Source: a virus (taxonomy: Duplodnaviria; Caudoviricetes). Taken from it: a stretch of 26,340 bases of DNA. Under the pieces are notes generated by a model. That model did not search any database, was not told the origin of the DNA, and was given only the letters and a program-made list of their open reading frames with translations. Positions 1 through 8,561 of the stretch are shown piece by piece. Every line of letters starts with the position of its first letter. The stretch's first letter is position 1. Both the position numbers and the translations under genes were made by a program. The DNA is taken from IMG/VR virus record IMGVR_UViG_3300032247_000063, positions 1-26,340 of that record; one strand, written 5' to 3'.

Positions 1-2
1 AA

Positions 3-3000
3 CTCAGGCGCTGGGCCAATGATTTGGTCAATCAAGGCATCCGTCTTGTCCAGCACAGACTCGGCTTTGGGGGCGTACCCTAACATCCTACGGAACACAT
101 TCAAAACCTTGTCCCACATGGACAGTTTAGGAGTTGCCGATGGCATCTCTTTCAGTTGCTGACGGAAGTCCTTATTACTCCAGACCTCGGCAACAAACTC
201 CTGCAAATCTTTTGCGCCATACGCACCGTCAATCCTGCCCTTGACTTCATCGAACAAGGCTTGCAGTTGCTTGGTAACTGGGTGAGAAGGATTAGCCAAG
301 AAGTGCGACACGGCGGCATGGGTAGCCTCGTGCAATATCTCGTACTCAGTGGCGTTCTCCCGATAGGAGATAGTGTTCGTCTTGGGGTCAAACTTAGACT
401 CTTTGGCCCCGTACTCAATCTTCGTATCACCAATGTATTTAGCGAGCGTACTTGCCACACGTGACACAAAGTCTGAAGATTCAGACTCGCCAAGAAGTTG
501 TAGAGCGCCAACCAAATCACCGCGACGCAAGGCAGCATCAACAACAGGATGCGGTAAGTCATGCATGCTGGCAACTTCGGGCGAGGCAAACAGCACGGCA
601 TCCGTATCTGCAACTTCATCCATCTCAAGGAACTCCGAACCCATAGGGGTTTTCATCAGTTTCTTGGCAGCTTCCCGTTGGTTCTTTTTGGCCCGCTTGC
701 CTTGTGTAGTACCAAGGTCAAGTTTGATGTCCATCATCGCGTCTCTTTTAGCGCGGTTCTCATTGACATCCGTACCCTCGCCCGTCTTACCTTCGGCGCG
801 GTTTTCTTCCTTGAACTGTTCTTCAGAAGCAGCTTTGATATTCTGTTGTTTGTTTATTTTCTTGGAGAACGCAGCAGAGCCAGCCTTTTCCTTTTCGTAC
901 AGTTTGATGTGGTCATCCAAGTGCTTAATGCTTGTAGGAGACAGGTTTTCACGTACCCAGCTTTCAGCCAGTTTAGCCTTGCCACCGCCTTGCCCTTTAA
1001 AAAAAGCAGCTTCTTCCGGTGTGTGGAAAGTAGGTTCTGGGCCTTCAGCAGACTTTTCAAACGCCTTCATTTTAGCGTTTCTGTATGGGGTACTTTGATG
1101 TACCAAATCATTCGCTATAGAACGAATGGCAAGTTCAGGCACTACCTTACCGAAATACGATTTCGCGGCGTTCTCTTGCTCGGTCAGCTTGCCTTTCTTG
1201 CCTAACTTCTCATGGACAACATTGAGGTCATCCTCAAACTTCTGAGCAAGCAAGTCCTTTGAAGACGCACCGTACTGGGGTTCTTCTGCTTTGGGCTCTA
1301 CTTTAGCTTCTGTCTTGGGCTCAGCTTTGGGTTTCTCTACCTTTGGCGCTTCCACCTTTGGCTCTACCTTTGGCTCTACCTTTGGCTCTACCTTTGCCGC
1401 TACGGGCACGGGTGCAGGGGTTGGCGTAGGAGCCGGTTCTATCTTTGGCTCTACCTTTGGCTCGGCTGTAGGGGTGACGGTAGTTGTGGCTGCGGGTGCT
1501 TGTTGTCCTTGCGTTTCTGCTTGGACGGTTTCAGTGGGCGTAGTGACACTTGGTGCTTCCTTTTTCTTCCTTAATGTAGGGGGCTTTGGTGCTTCTCCAG
1601 CATCAGGCACTCCAGCATTCGGCTCAGCAGGAACCACTCCATTTCGTTCAGGTGTCGCAACACTTCCGGGGGCTCCAGTTCTGGCTGCGTCAACCACAGC
1701 AACGCTTGCTCCACTTGGCTCACTTCTAGGTTCTGCAACATTGCTTACTCCAGTCTCAGGTGTAGGGCCAAGAAGTTTAGCTTCTTTAGCGTAGCGGACA
1801 TCAACAGTGTGGCCTGAAGCCGCCTTGAATGCTTCTACTAACTCCACATCAGTTAAGGCTGGATTGTCTTTCAGCAACCCCTGCATCTGCGTAATGGCAG
1901 AGGTAACGATGGGGTTGTTCTTCTCCGAACCCTTCAGGTAAGTCTCAGGCCCCAGCAGCTTGGCTTCTTGTGCAAACCGGATATCAGGGACGATGTTGTT
2001 CTTCTCCGCGATAGCCTGAACAAGCTCTTGTTCTGAGATATTAGGGTTGTCGGTGACCATCTTGCGCATCTGTGCCAATGCAGCGGCAGACGTAGGATTG
2101 GTCTTGTCCGTATCGTTCAGATAGGTAGACGGGGGTGGAGGTGGTGGGGGGACTGGCCCTTGGGCCGCACCCTGTGGGCCTTGTTCTTCAGGTGGCACAA
2201 CGGGTTGTTGCGCAGCAGCTTGTTCAGCCTGCTTCCTATTGAACTCACCCTTCTGCGCAAAGCCTTGCGACACACCGCCGGGGATACCAAACGTACCACC
2301 ACCAATTGCCCCTTTGATGAACGACTCTTTGTACCGCTCCATGTTCTCAGGGCTGAACAAACCTTTTGTACTACCGGCAACTTGCTCGGCATACGCTGAA
2401 ATACCTTCTTGGGCAGTCTCGGTTATGCCTTCTATAGCTGCGGACTTGGCTGCTTCCTTACCAATGGTTTTCCACACGCTAGGGGCTGCACCAGTGCTAC
2501 GGGCAATTGCCTCGACAGCCTTTAACTTGCCATACTTACCTAGATTACCAAGGATGTGTTCAGGCAATGCAGTGTCCAGCACGGAACTGATACCACCAGC
2601 CAAGGCAGCAATCGTAGGCTCAAGTTTGCCGGTTTCCCGATAGATGCCTTCAAATACATCAGGCACGTTCTGCGCTGCGGAACCAAGGTACAAGCCACCA
2701 ACTTGCCCAATACGTCCAGCACTTTGCGCACCCTTTTCCACCAACGCTTTGGCAGCAACTTCACCCAGACCCCGTTCAGCAGCGACTTTGGCAGCGGAAG
2801 ATGCACCTAGCCTAGCCCCTGCGGCTTCAAGACCTACACCGGGAATGAGTGCAGTTCCAACACTAGGCAATAACTCACCAAGTGTTTCAGCGCCGTACTC
2901 TAAGGCTTCCCTTGGACTGCTGATGTCTTTGTACGAAGCTACACGGGTAGGGTATTTCTCTTGCAGTGCAGCACGTTCTTCTTGTGCTTGCGCCATCTTC

Positions 3001-3248
3001 TTCTTGGCGTAGTCATCAAACCCAAGCGCACTAGCCGCCATAGCGGGCAGCGTGTCCGTGATACCAATGCCAGTTTCCCCCAAGCTACGCGCTGCGCCCT
3101 GCTTGGCAATTTCCATAAGCCCCATCTCGCGCTTAGGAATCTTGAAGTCATACTTTTGAGCAAGCCGCTGTAGCTGTGCATCAAACTCCTGCGGGCTTAG
3201 GTCATCCCTAAAGTTAACCGGCCCCAGTTTTGGTAGGGTAATGAGCAT
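3..3248 (-). CDS. Large internal virion/ejection (polyvalent-type) protein with zincin-like HExxH motif; 3' end beyond left window edge
   Basis: Not in ORF track (no stop in window). Translated by hand from ATG at 3246-3248: MLITLPKLGPVNFRDDLSPQEFDAQ..., open for 1082 codons to the edge. Ala/Gly-rich helical N-terminus, Pro/Glu/Lys linker, then EILHEATHAA (HEATH 318-332) followed by LQEFVAE (EFVAE 186-200). Last of the ejection-type gene cluster. Confidence 0.8.
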   Translation of the reverse strand, partial: MLITLPKLGPVNFRDDLSPQEFDAQLQRLAQKYDFKIPKREMGLMEIAKQGAARSLGETGIGITDTLPAMAASALGFDDYAKKKMAQAQEERAALQEKYPTRVASYKDISSPREALEYGAETLGELLPSVGTALIPGVGLEAAGARLGASSAAKVAAERGLGEVAAKALVEKGAQSAGRIGQVGGLYLGSAAQNVPDVFEGIYRETGKLEPTIAALAGGISSVLDTALPEHILGNLGKYGKLKAVEAIARSTGAAPSVWKTIGKEAAKSAAIEGITETAQEGISAYAEQVAGSTKGLFSPENMERYKESFIKGAIGGGTFGIPGGVSQGFAQKGEFNRKQAEQAAAQQPVVPPEEQGPQGAAQGPVPPPPPPPSTYLNDTDKTNPTSAAALAQMRKMVTDNPNISEQELVQAIAEKNNIVPDIRFAQEAKLLGPETYLKGSEKNNPIVTSAITQMQGLLKDNPALTDVELVEAFKAASGHTVDVRYAKEAKLLGPTPETGVSNVAEPRSEPSGASVAVVDAARTGAPGSVATPERNGVVPAEPNAGVPDAGEAPKPPTLRKKKEAPSVTTPTETVQAETQGQQAPAATTTVTPTAEPKVEPKIEPAPTPTPAPVPVAAKVEPKVEPKVEPKVEAPKVEKPKAEPKTEAKVEPKAEEPQYGASSKDLLAQKFEDDLNVVHEKLGKKGKLTEQENAAKSYFGKVVPELAIRSIANDLVHQSTPYRNAKMKAFEKSAEGPEPTFHTPEEAAFFKGQGGGKAKLAESWVRENLSPTSIKHLDDHIKLYEKEKAGSAAFSKKINKQQNIKAASEEQFKEENRAEGKTGEGTDVNENRAKRDAMMDIKLDLGTTQGKRAKKNQREAAKKLMKTPMGSEFLEMDEVADTDAVLFASPEVASMHDLPHPVVDAALRRGDLVGALQLLGESESSDFVSRVASTLAKYIGDTKIEYGAKESKFDPKTNTISYRENATEYEILHEATHAAVSHFLANPSHPVTKQLQALFDEVKGRIDGAYGAKDLQEFVAEVWSNKDFRQQLKEMPSATPKLSMWDKVLNVFRRMLGYAPKAESVLDKTDALIDQIIGPAPE
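1354..1396. repeat. 12-bp coding tandem repeat (acctttggctct x ~3.5) encoding KVEP repeats
   Basis: Seen directly; further degenerate KVEP/KAEP/KIEP units lie within about 1290-1465. Confidence 0.85.
1761..2126 (-). repeat. Two diverged tandem 61-aa protein repeats (183-nt period)
   Basis: TYLNDTDKTNP...DNPNISEQELVQA...DIRFAQEAKLLGPE (from 2126) and TYLKGSEKNNP...DNPALTDVELVEA...DVRYAKEAKLLGPT (from 1943). Confidence 0.85.
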
Positions 3249-3251
3249 GGC

Positions 3252-5627
3252 TTAATCCAAAAGGCTATCTGCACTAGGATAACGACTTGTCGAACTTATT
3301 CCCGCCCCACCGGAAAGGTATGGGCCCATGTTCTCCGTTACATAAGCATTTCTTTCAGCTTTATACCTTTGGTCAGCCTGCAACGGCCCCATTGTCTTTT
3401 GGTATTCCCGTAATTTACTGGAATTATTTGGGTTTTTATCAAAGTCATTTGCAAGGTTACGCTGCACCGCTGCCAATCTAGCTTTATTTGCCTGTTCTCT
3501 TGTAGCTGCATCTCTTTCGTATATGTCCATCCTACGGCTTTGATTGGCTGCTTGTGCCCCATGAATACCAAGTTCTTGCAACCGGTAATCCGCAGTTGCT
3601 TTGGCATCAGCAGCCATCATTTCAAGTTTTTTCCCTTCCAAGGCAATAGAACCGCCGTGGAAAGCAGCCTGTTCCCTAAGTTGAGCAGCAAGGAGTTCAT
3701 TCCGTGCCATGTCTTGCGCTGCCGTAAGCGCAGTCTTTTGGTCATCCTTCTTGAGACTGATTTGGAACTTGGTGAAGTCCGTCTTGATTTTGTTTTGCGC
3801 ATCGCGCATATCACGCAAAATCTTGTCTTGGGTAGCCATCTCTTGCTGAGCCGCTGGTGCTGCCCCTGCCGCTGACCCTAAAGCTGTAGAACCGGGCTTG
3901 GATGCATTAGCTGCCCAGTTAGCCCCGAAGGCCATAAGGATGTTGCCCAGTGCATGGCCTTTGGTTTCATCAACCTGTTGGTCACCTTGGGTTATCTGGT
4001 CTTTAAGGCTCTGCAACATGTCACCGTTACCCTGTGAAATCATGTCGTATATGCTCTTCATGTTGTCTTGAAGCGAACCAGAGTCCACCTTACCGCTCGC
4101 AGCCATATCCGCTAGGGCTTTATCCACAGTCGCAGCAATGGCAGGGTGCAGGTTGTCTGAGATAGCAGCACTTGGCTTACCTTTACCACCACCACCGCCA
4201 GCCGCAGGTGCAGCCGCTTGTTGCCCCGGAGGTACGTACGCTTTAAACCCGCTACTGTCCCCTGCGGGTCTTTGGCTTGTGGGGCCTGTAGAAGATGCGG
4301 CAGCGGCAGCGGCAGCGGGCAATCCCCCGATACCTTTTTCCCTAATTGCTTGCAGTTGCGCAAGGGTCAAGTCCCCGTTATTTACCGCATCCATAATCCT
4401 TTTTGCATTTGCGCGTTCCTCGTCAGTCTGCGTTGAGAAAACGCCTAGCCCACTGGCTTTGAATCCATGTTGGGCTTCAATCATGTCCCGCTCGTGCTGT
4501 TTCCTATTCCACTCTTTCAGGTCATCTAACTTACTGCCAACCCATCGGCTTGCGGGGGAACCACCTTCACCAAACGCAACAATGCCGCCGTTAGCCCCAG
4601 CCGGTACATCACCACCATCATCAGCCATACCCATCATGCTGGACGGAACTACACTGGCTACCCCACTATGCAAGGAAGCCCGCATCGCAAGCTCATCCTC
4701 AATGAGCCGTAGTTCTTCTTTATCACCACGTTGTGCCGCAGCTTGCGCAGCTTTCTGTAACTCCGCATCAGGTAACTTATGGATGATGGCTGCAATATTG
4801 GACTCGTTCTCAACATCTGCGCCCACACTACCACCGCCAGCATATCCATGCACTTCCCCGCCGTCAGCCATGTACCGGCTCAAGCCCATCGCAGTGACAC
4901 CTAGACCACCAAGTTGTCCAAGCATGCTTCCGGGGGCTTGGTACTGCGTAGTCGCAGACGATGTGCCGACAGGCAAGCCACGAATCATGTCAGACATGAA
5001 ACCCAACTGCTTGTATGGGTAGTTCATCTGGTTGGCAAAGTCACCGTATCGTGTGTCAAGTTCTTTCTGCACTTGGGCCTGCTGCATGCCACCGTAGCCA
5101 GCCTGTAACTTGTTAACGTCCATGCCTTGGGTGATACCCTGACGGAACTGATTAGCCGCTTGGTCATACGCAGACTGCATCCCTTTGTCTTGGATGTCGC
5201 TCATCTGTTGCCCAAGATTACGCTCACGCTCTGCACGTTGGATGGCATCACGGCTACCGCCAAACGCACCGGCCTGAGTAGCTTGTGCTTGCTGCTGCGT
5301 ACCCATAATGCCCGACTGCCGTGCAGCTTCACGCTTCCCAATATCCACCACGTTCTGCATGTAGGGAGACATGTAGGCGCTAACACCTTGGCTAAACGCT
5401 TCAGGCCCAGCAGACATGTTTGCCGCACCCTGCATTGCTTGCATCTGCATGGGGGCAAGTTCAGCATTGCGCTGTCCTTCGTATGTCTTGTACGGATTGG
5501 CATTAATGTCGGTCAGTTGACCTGCTTTAGCCAGCGTGTCCTTGGCATAGCCCTTTGCCCAGTCAGGCAATTCGGATATCGTAGTCCCCGAACTTGTAGG
5601 TGCTGATGGTTGTGAATTTCCACACAT
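3252..5627 (-). CDS. Putative internal virion / DNA ejection protein (791 aa)
   Basis: AGGA SD upstream; starts MCG; Gln/Ala/Gly-rich helical sequence with LPDW, YMSPYMQNVV and AGAFGGSR segments typical of podophage ejection-type proteins; C-terminal coiled coil; positioned after the nozzle and GNAT genes. Confidence 0.7.
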   Translation of the reverse strand: MCGNSQPSAPTSSGTTISELPDWAKGYAKDTLAKAGQLTDINANPYKTYEGQRNAELAPMQMQAMQGAANMSAGPEAFSQGVSAYMSPYMQNVVDIGKREAARQSGIMGTQQQAQATQAGAFGGSRDAIQRAERERNLGQQMSDIQDKGMQSAYDQAANQFRQGITQGMDVNKLQAGYGGMQQAQVQKELDTRYGDFANQMNYPYKQLGFMSDMIRGLPVGTSSATTQYQAPGSMLGQLGGLGVTAMGLSRYMADGGEVHGYAGGGSVGADVENESNIAAIIHKLPDAELQKAAQAAAQRGDKEELRLIEDELAMRASLHSGVASVVPSSMMGMADDGGDVPAGANGGIVAFGEGGSPASRWVGSKLDDLKEWNRKQHERDMIEAQHGFKASGLGVFSTQTDEERANAKRIMDAVNNGDLTLAQLQAIREKGIGGLPAAAAAAASSTGPTSQRPAGDSSGFKAYVPPGQQAAAPAAGGGGGKGKPSAAISDNLHPAIAATVDKALADMAASGKVDSGSLQDNMKSIYDMISQGNGDMLQSLKDQITQGDQQVDETKGHALGNILMAFGANWAANASKPGSTALGSAAGAAPAAQQEMATQDKILRDMRDAQNKIKTDFTKFQISLKKDDQKTALTAAQDMARNELLAAQLREQAAFHGGSIALEGKKLEMMAADAKATADYRLQELGIHGAQAANQSRRMDIYERDAATREQANKARLAAVQRNLANDFDKNPNNSSKLREYQKTMGPLQADQRYKAERNAYVTENMGPYLSGGAGISSTSRYPSADSLLD

Positions 5628-5636
5628 GGTTTTGTC

Positions 5637-6098
5637 CTAGAAGGTGTACATCATCTGCGTAGCTACCTCTTTGAAGCCCATCCGGCCCCATAATTTGGCT
5701 ACCCGCAAATCTGTCATAGCTGAAACAAGCAATCGCTTTACACCGCGACGTTTTAACTCATCAAGCCCAAACTGGACTAGTTTTTTGCCTACACCATTAC
5801 GGTGTTCTTTTACCACAAAGATTGTATCTTCCTGTGCAACTAAATCATGGTTATGCATGTCGTTGGTGATGTACACATTGATGTATCCACATGCAATTCC
5901 ATCGCACCGAAGTACAAAGGTCAACAAATAACCTTTATCACATGACTCACCATATTCATGTAACCGTGGGTTATAAGGGGAATATTCCACCCCCTGCCCA
6001 GCAAGTCGTTCTACCATCTCGGCATAGTGCTGCCGGTACAGGGGTTCAAGTTCTGGATAAGTAGTCTTGAAGTTTTCCTGTTGGATGGTGTAGTTCAT
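5637..6098 (-). CDS. GNAT-family acetyltransferase
   Basis: 153 aa; acyl-CoA-binding motif A-like segment IFVVKEHRNGVGKKLV and C-terminal LWGRMGF; coupled to the upstream gene by an ATGA overlap. Confidence 0.8.
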   Translation of the reverse strand: MNYTIQQENFKTTYPELEPLYRQHYAEMVERLAGQGVEYSPYNPRLHEYGESCDKGYLLTFVLRCDGIACGYINVYITNDMHNHDLVAQEDTIFVVKEHRNGVGKKLVQFGLDELKRRGVKRLLVSAMTDLRVAKLWGRMGFKEVATQMMYTF

Positions 6099-8263
6099 GC
6101 GGGTAAGTACCTATCTGCACGGCTATTTACGGCAACTTTTCCCCGACCAACAGACTTCTTGCGCCCAGCTTGGATTCTGTCCATCATGGCATACAGCTTA
6201 CGCGCTCCAGCTTCCGTGGAACCATTGCCAATCTCAGACACGATACGGGCTGGAATCACAAACTCACCATCTGCAAGGCGGGCCGGTTGGCCTTTACCAA
6301 TAGTGGCAGGGATGGAATCAGACACACCGTCACCGGGGCCTTTGAGCAACCGCCCACCATCGGAGTAAGAACCTAGGTTGTAGGTATCAGAAATTCCACC
6401 GTCCGCATACATTTGCGCAGGATGAAAGCTGTATTTACCATTTTGGAAAAACGGATGTGGAGGGCGCAAATTGCCATGCACATTACCACCACGGGCCATG
6501 TGTTCAAAACCGTGGAGAGTAGAGAGGCCACCAGTAGCAGCTTCACTACCCCCTGTGTAACCTTTGGCAACTTCCCCGTAACTAGTCCCGCCAACTCCAG
6601 TTGGGTCTGCTCGTCCATCATTAGCAGGGCCGCTTGGCGCACTGTTCCCATACACACTGTTTGCTGCTGCATTTGCCGCTGCCACTATTGGCGCTGCTTT
6701 ACTAGCAAAACCCCCAACCGCTGTTGGGCTTACTCCTGAAGTTTGAGCATCTTTTGCTGCTTGCGCTGCTTGCGCAACTTGGGCTAGTGTAGGGCCGGTT
6801 TCACTTCCCCAACGATTGGGGTCATTTATGCTTCCATCTGATACTTTGCCATTTGGGTCAGTTATGGCTTTTGTAACAGAATCAGAGTCTGGGCCAAACG
6901 TGTTTTCAAGGTTTTTAATCCTTGCTTCATTACCTTCTATGTAGTTGTTAAACCGTTTTACTGCATTAGGGTTAACACCTTGCGCTGCCATATAACGGTT
7001 TTGTGTAGCTTCTGGGGCAATCATTCTTAACCCCATACCTAGGTATGAATACGGCGACGTTGCGTACTGAGTAATACCACTGTAAAGTGGGTTATCCCCT
7101 GCCATTATTGACAGTTCTTCATCAGACCAACCTGTTGGTTCTGGAGATACCGGCGCATTCTTCCCACCACTATTTCCCCGCGCAGGCGTTTCAAGGAAAG
7201 GTGTTGCTGGTGCAGGGGCAGGGGCAGCAGGGGTAGAAGTAGGGTATTTGAATGGTGTTACCGTAGTGGCTTCTTTGCTCAAAGGAGGGAAAGCATTGTT
7301 GTAGTAGTCCATGTACTCTTGGTAAACATCGCGCTGGGGTATGCCCCCCATAGCCATACCAGTTACACCACCATCTGCCATACCAACCGCACCGCCTTCA
7401 GCGCCATAGTACGGACGGGCGTACGTGTATTCACCACCACGCACTTTGCTTTCGTACGGCCCAACCCAATTGGGGTTGAACTTAGCCCCCGAATTAGCGT
7501 ACGCGCCACGGTCTGAGTCCGATGTCTTCTGTGCGGGGACACCACTATTACTATCTTCGTAAGCACCCATAACAGCAGGGATTGCAGACGCGCCCAGAGC
7601 GGTTTTGAGCCCAATAGAACCGGGAACCATGCCCACGCTATTGGAAAAATTACCAAAACCGCCAGTTAATCCTTTACCAGCAGTAGAAAAATTGGAGGAC
7701 AAACCTTCCATAAAGCCTTTACTTGCATTATCAGCAAGGGCTTTTGCTTGCGCCGCTTCAATTGACTTAGATAGTGCAGCCGCTTGTCGTTCAGCTATTT
7801 GCCGGTCTAATATTGGTGTTGCTTTGTCGGCAGCTATGGCTTGCTGCTGCTGTAGTTGCGCCATTTGTTCTGGGCCCCCTTCAACACCCGCCATAGCACC
7901 CGAACCCAAGAGTCCGCCCGCCATGCTTGCGCCGCCATATGCGCCCAGTCCAGCCATCAAGCCTTGCTTCAAGCTGCCAGTACGAAGACCTTCTATTGCA
8001 CCAAGACCAGCGCCAACGTACCCAGCACCAATACCCTGCATACCGGGCAACATCATCGCCCCAGCGCCTAGAGCCATAGGCAGCAGACTTTCCAAAAACC
8101 CAGCTTCAGGCAGTCCAGTGTGTGGGTTAGTAGTCAGGGAACCCCCGTGTTGTTGGGCTAGTGCTTGCAGGCTTGCCACTTCCTTGGGGGCCATGTGAAC
8201 AAGCGTAGTGTCAGAACCACGCCCGTGGGCAGCTAGGTGTTTGGCGGTGAGTTGGAGGCTCAT
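6095..8263 (-). CDS. Putative internal virion protein (722 aa) with conserved-looking terminal domains and multiple AxGG motifs
   Basis: N-terminal GRGSDTTLVHM...NPHTGLPEA segment, Gly-rich hydrophobic stretch, low-complexity middle, C-terminal GPGDGVSDSIPA...LADGEFVIPA domain. Confidence 0.7.
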   Translation of the reverse strand: MSLQLTAKHLAAHGRGSDTTLVHMAPKEVASLQALAQQHGGSLTTNPHTGLPEAGFLESLLPMALGAGAMMLPGMQGIGAGYVGAGLGAIEGLRTGSLKQGLMAGLGAYGGASMAGGLLGSGAMAGVEGGPEQMAQLQQQQAIAADKATPILDRQIAERQAAALSKSIEAAQAKALADNASKGFMEGLSSNFSTAGKGLTGGFGNFSNSVGMVPGSIGLKTALGASAIPAVMGAYEDSNSGVPAQKTSDSDRGAYANSGAKFNPNWVGPYESKVRGGEYTYARPYYGAEGGAVGMADGGVTGMAMGGIPQRDVYQEYMDYYNNAFPPLSKEATTVTPFKYPTSTPAAPAPAPATPFLETPARGNSGGKNAPVSPEPTGWSDEELSIMAGDNPLYSGITQYATSPYSYLGMGLRMIAPEATQNRYMAAQGVNPNAVKRFNNYIEGNEARIKNLENTFGPDSDSVTKAITDPNGKVSDGSINDPNRWGSETGPTLAQVAQAAQAAKDAQTSGVSPTAVGGFASKAAPIVAAANAAANSVYGNSAPSGPANDGRADPTGVGGTSYGEVAKGYTGGSEAATGGLSTLHGFEHMARGGNVHGNLRPPHPFFQNGKYSFHPAQMYADGGISDTYNLGSYSDGGRLLKGPGDGVSDSIPATIGKGQPARLADGEFVIPARIVSEIGNGSTEAGARKLYAMMDRIQAGRKKSVGRGKVAVNSRADRYLPA

Positions 8264-8559
8264 GTTTTTACCTTTAGTACGTTACCTGCGCTTGTGTCGT
8301 AGTAGATGTCTCCAACCCGCAAACTGGCCAAATCTGCCTGTGTTGGCAAGCTGGGAACCGTTGTATTGCCTGTAGGTGGGGCGCTCAATGCCGCAACAAC
8401 ATCTGTGCCATTTCGCTGGGTGCTGATAGCTATAGGGCCGTTGTTGTCCAATTGCCTGAAGTATATCGAAAGAACCCGAAAAATCTCGTTCATAGCCTGA
8501 CGGTCGTACTCCATTGGCGCGGCAGGGAGTCGGGGGGCAACTACGTTTTTTTGTCCCAT
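8260..8559 (-). CDS. Small virion protein downstream of nozzle gene (possible tail plug/needle anchor)
   Basis: 99 aa, PRLPAAPMEYD followed by an amphipathic helix; packed between neighbours; function inferred from position only. Confidence 0.55.
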   Translation of the reverse strand: MGQKNVVAPRLPAAPMEYDRQAMNEIFRVLSIYFRQLDNNGPIAISTQRNGTDVVAALSAPPTGNTTVPSLPTQADLASLRVGDIYYDTSAGNVLKVKT

Positions 8560-8561
8560 AT

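Noticed and set aside
152-3184. Many short ORFs on both strands in the track (e.g. 373-1098 +, 1291-1794 +)
   Set aside because: All overlap the long minus-strand frame 3-3248; the plus-strand STFG repeats are just the antisense reading of KVEP.
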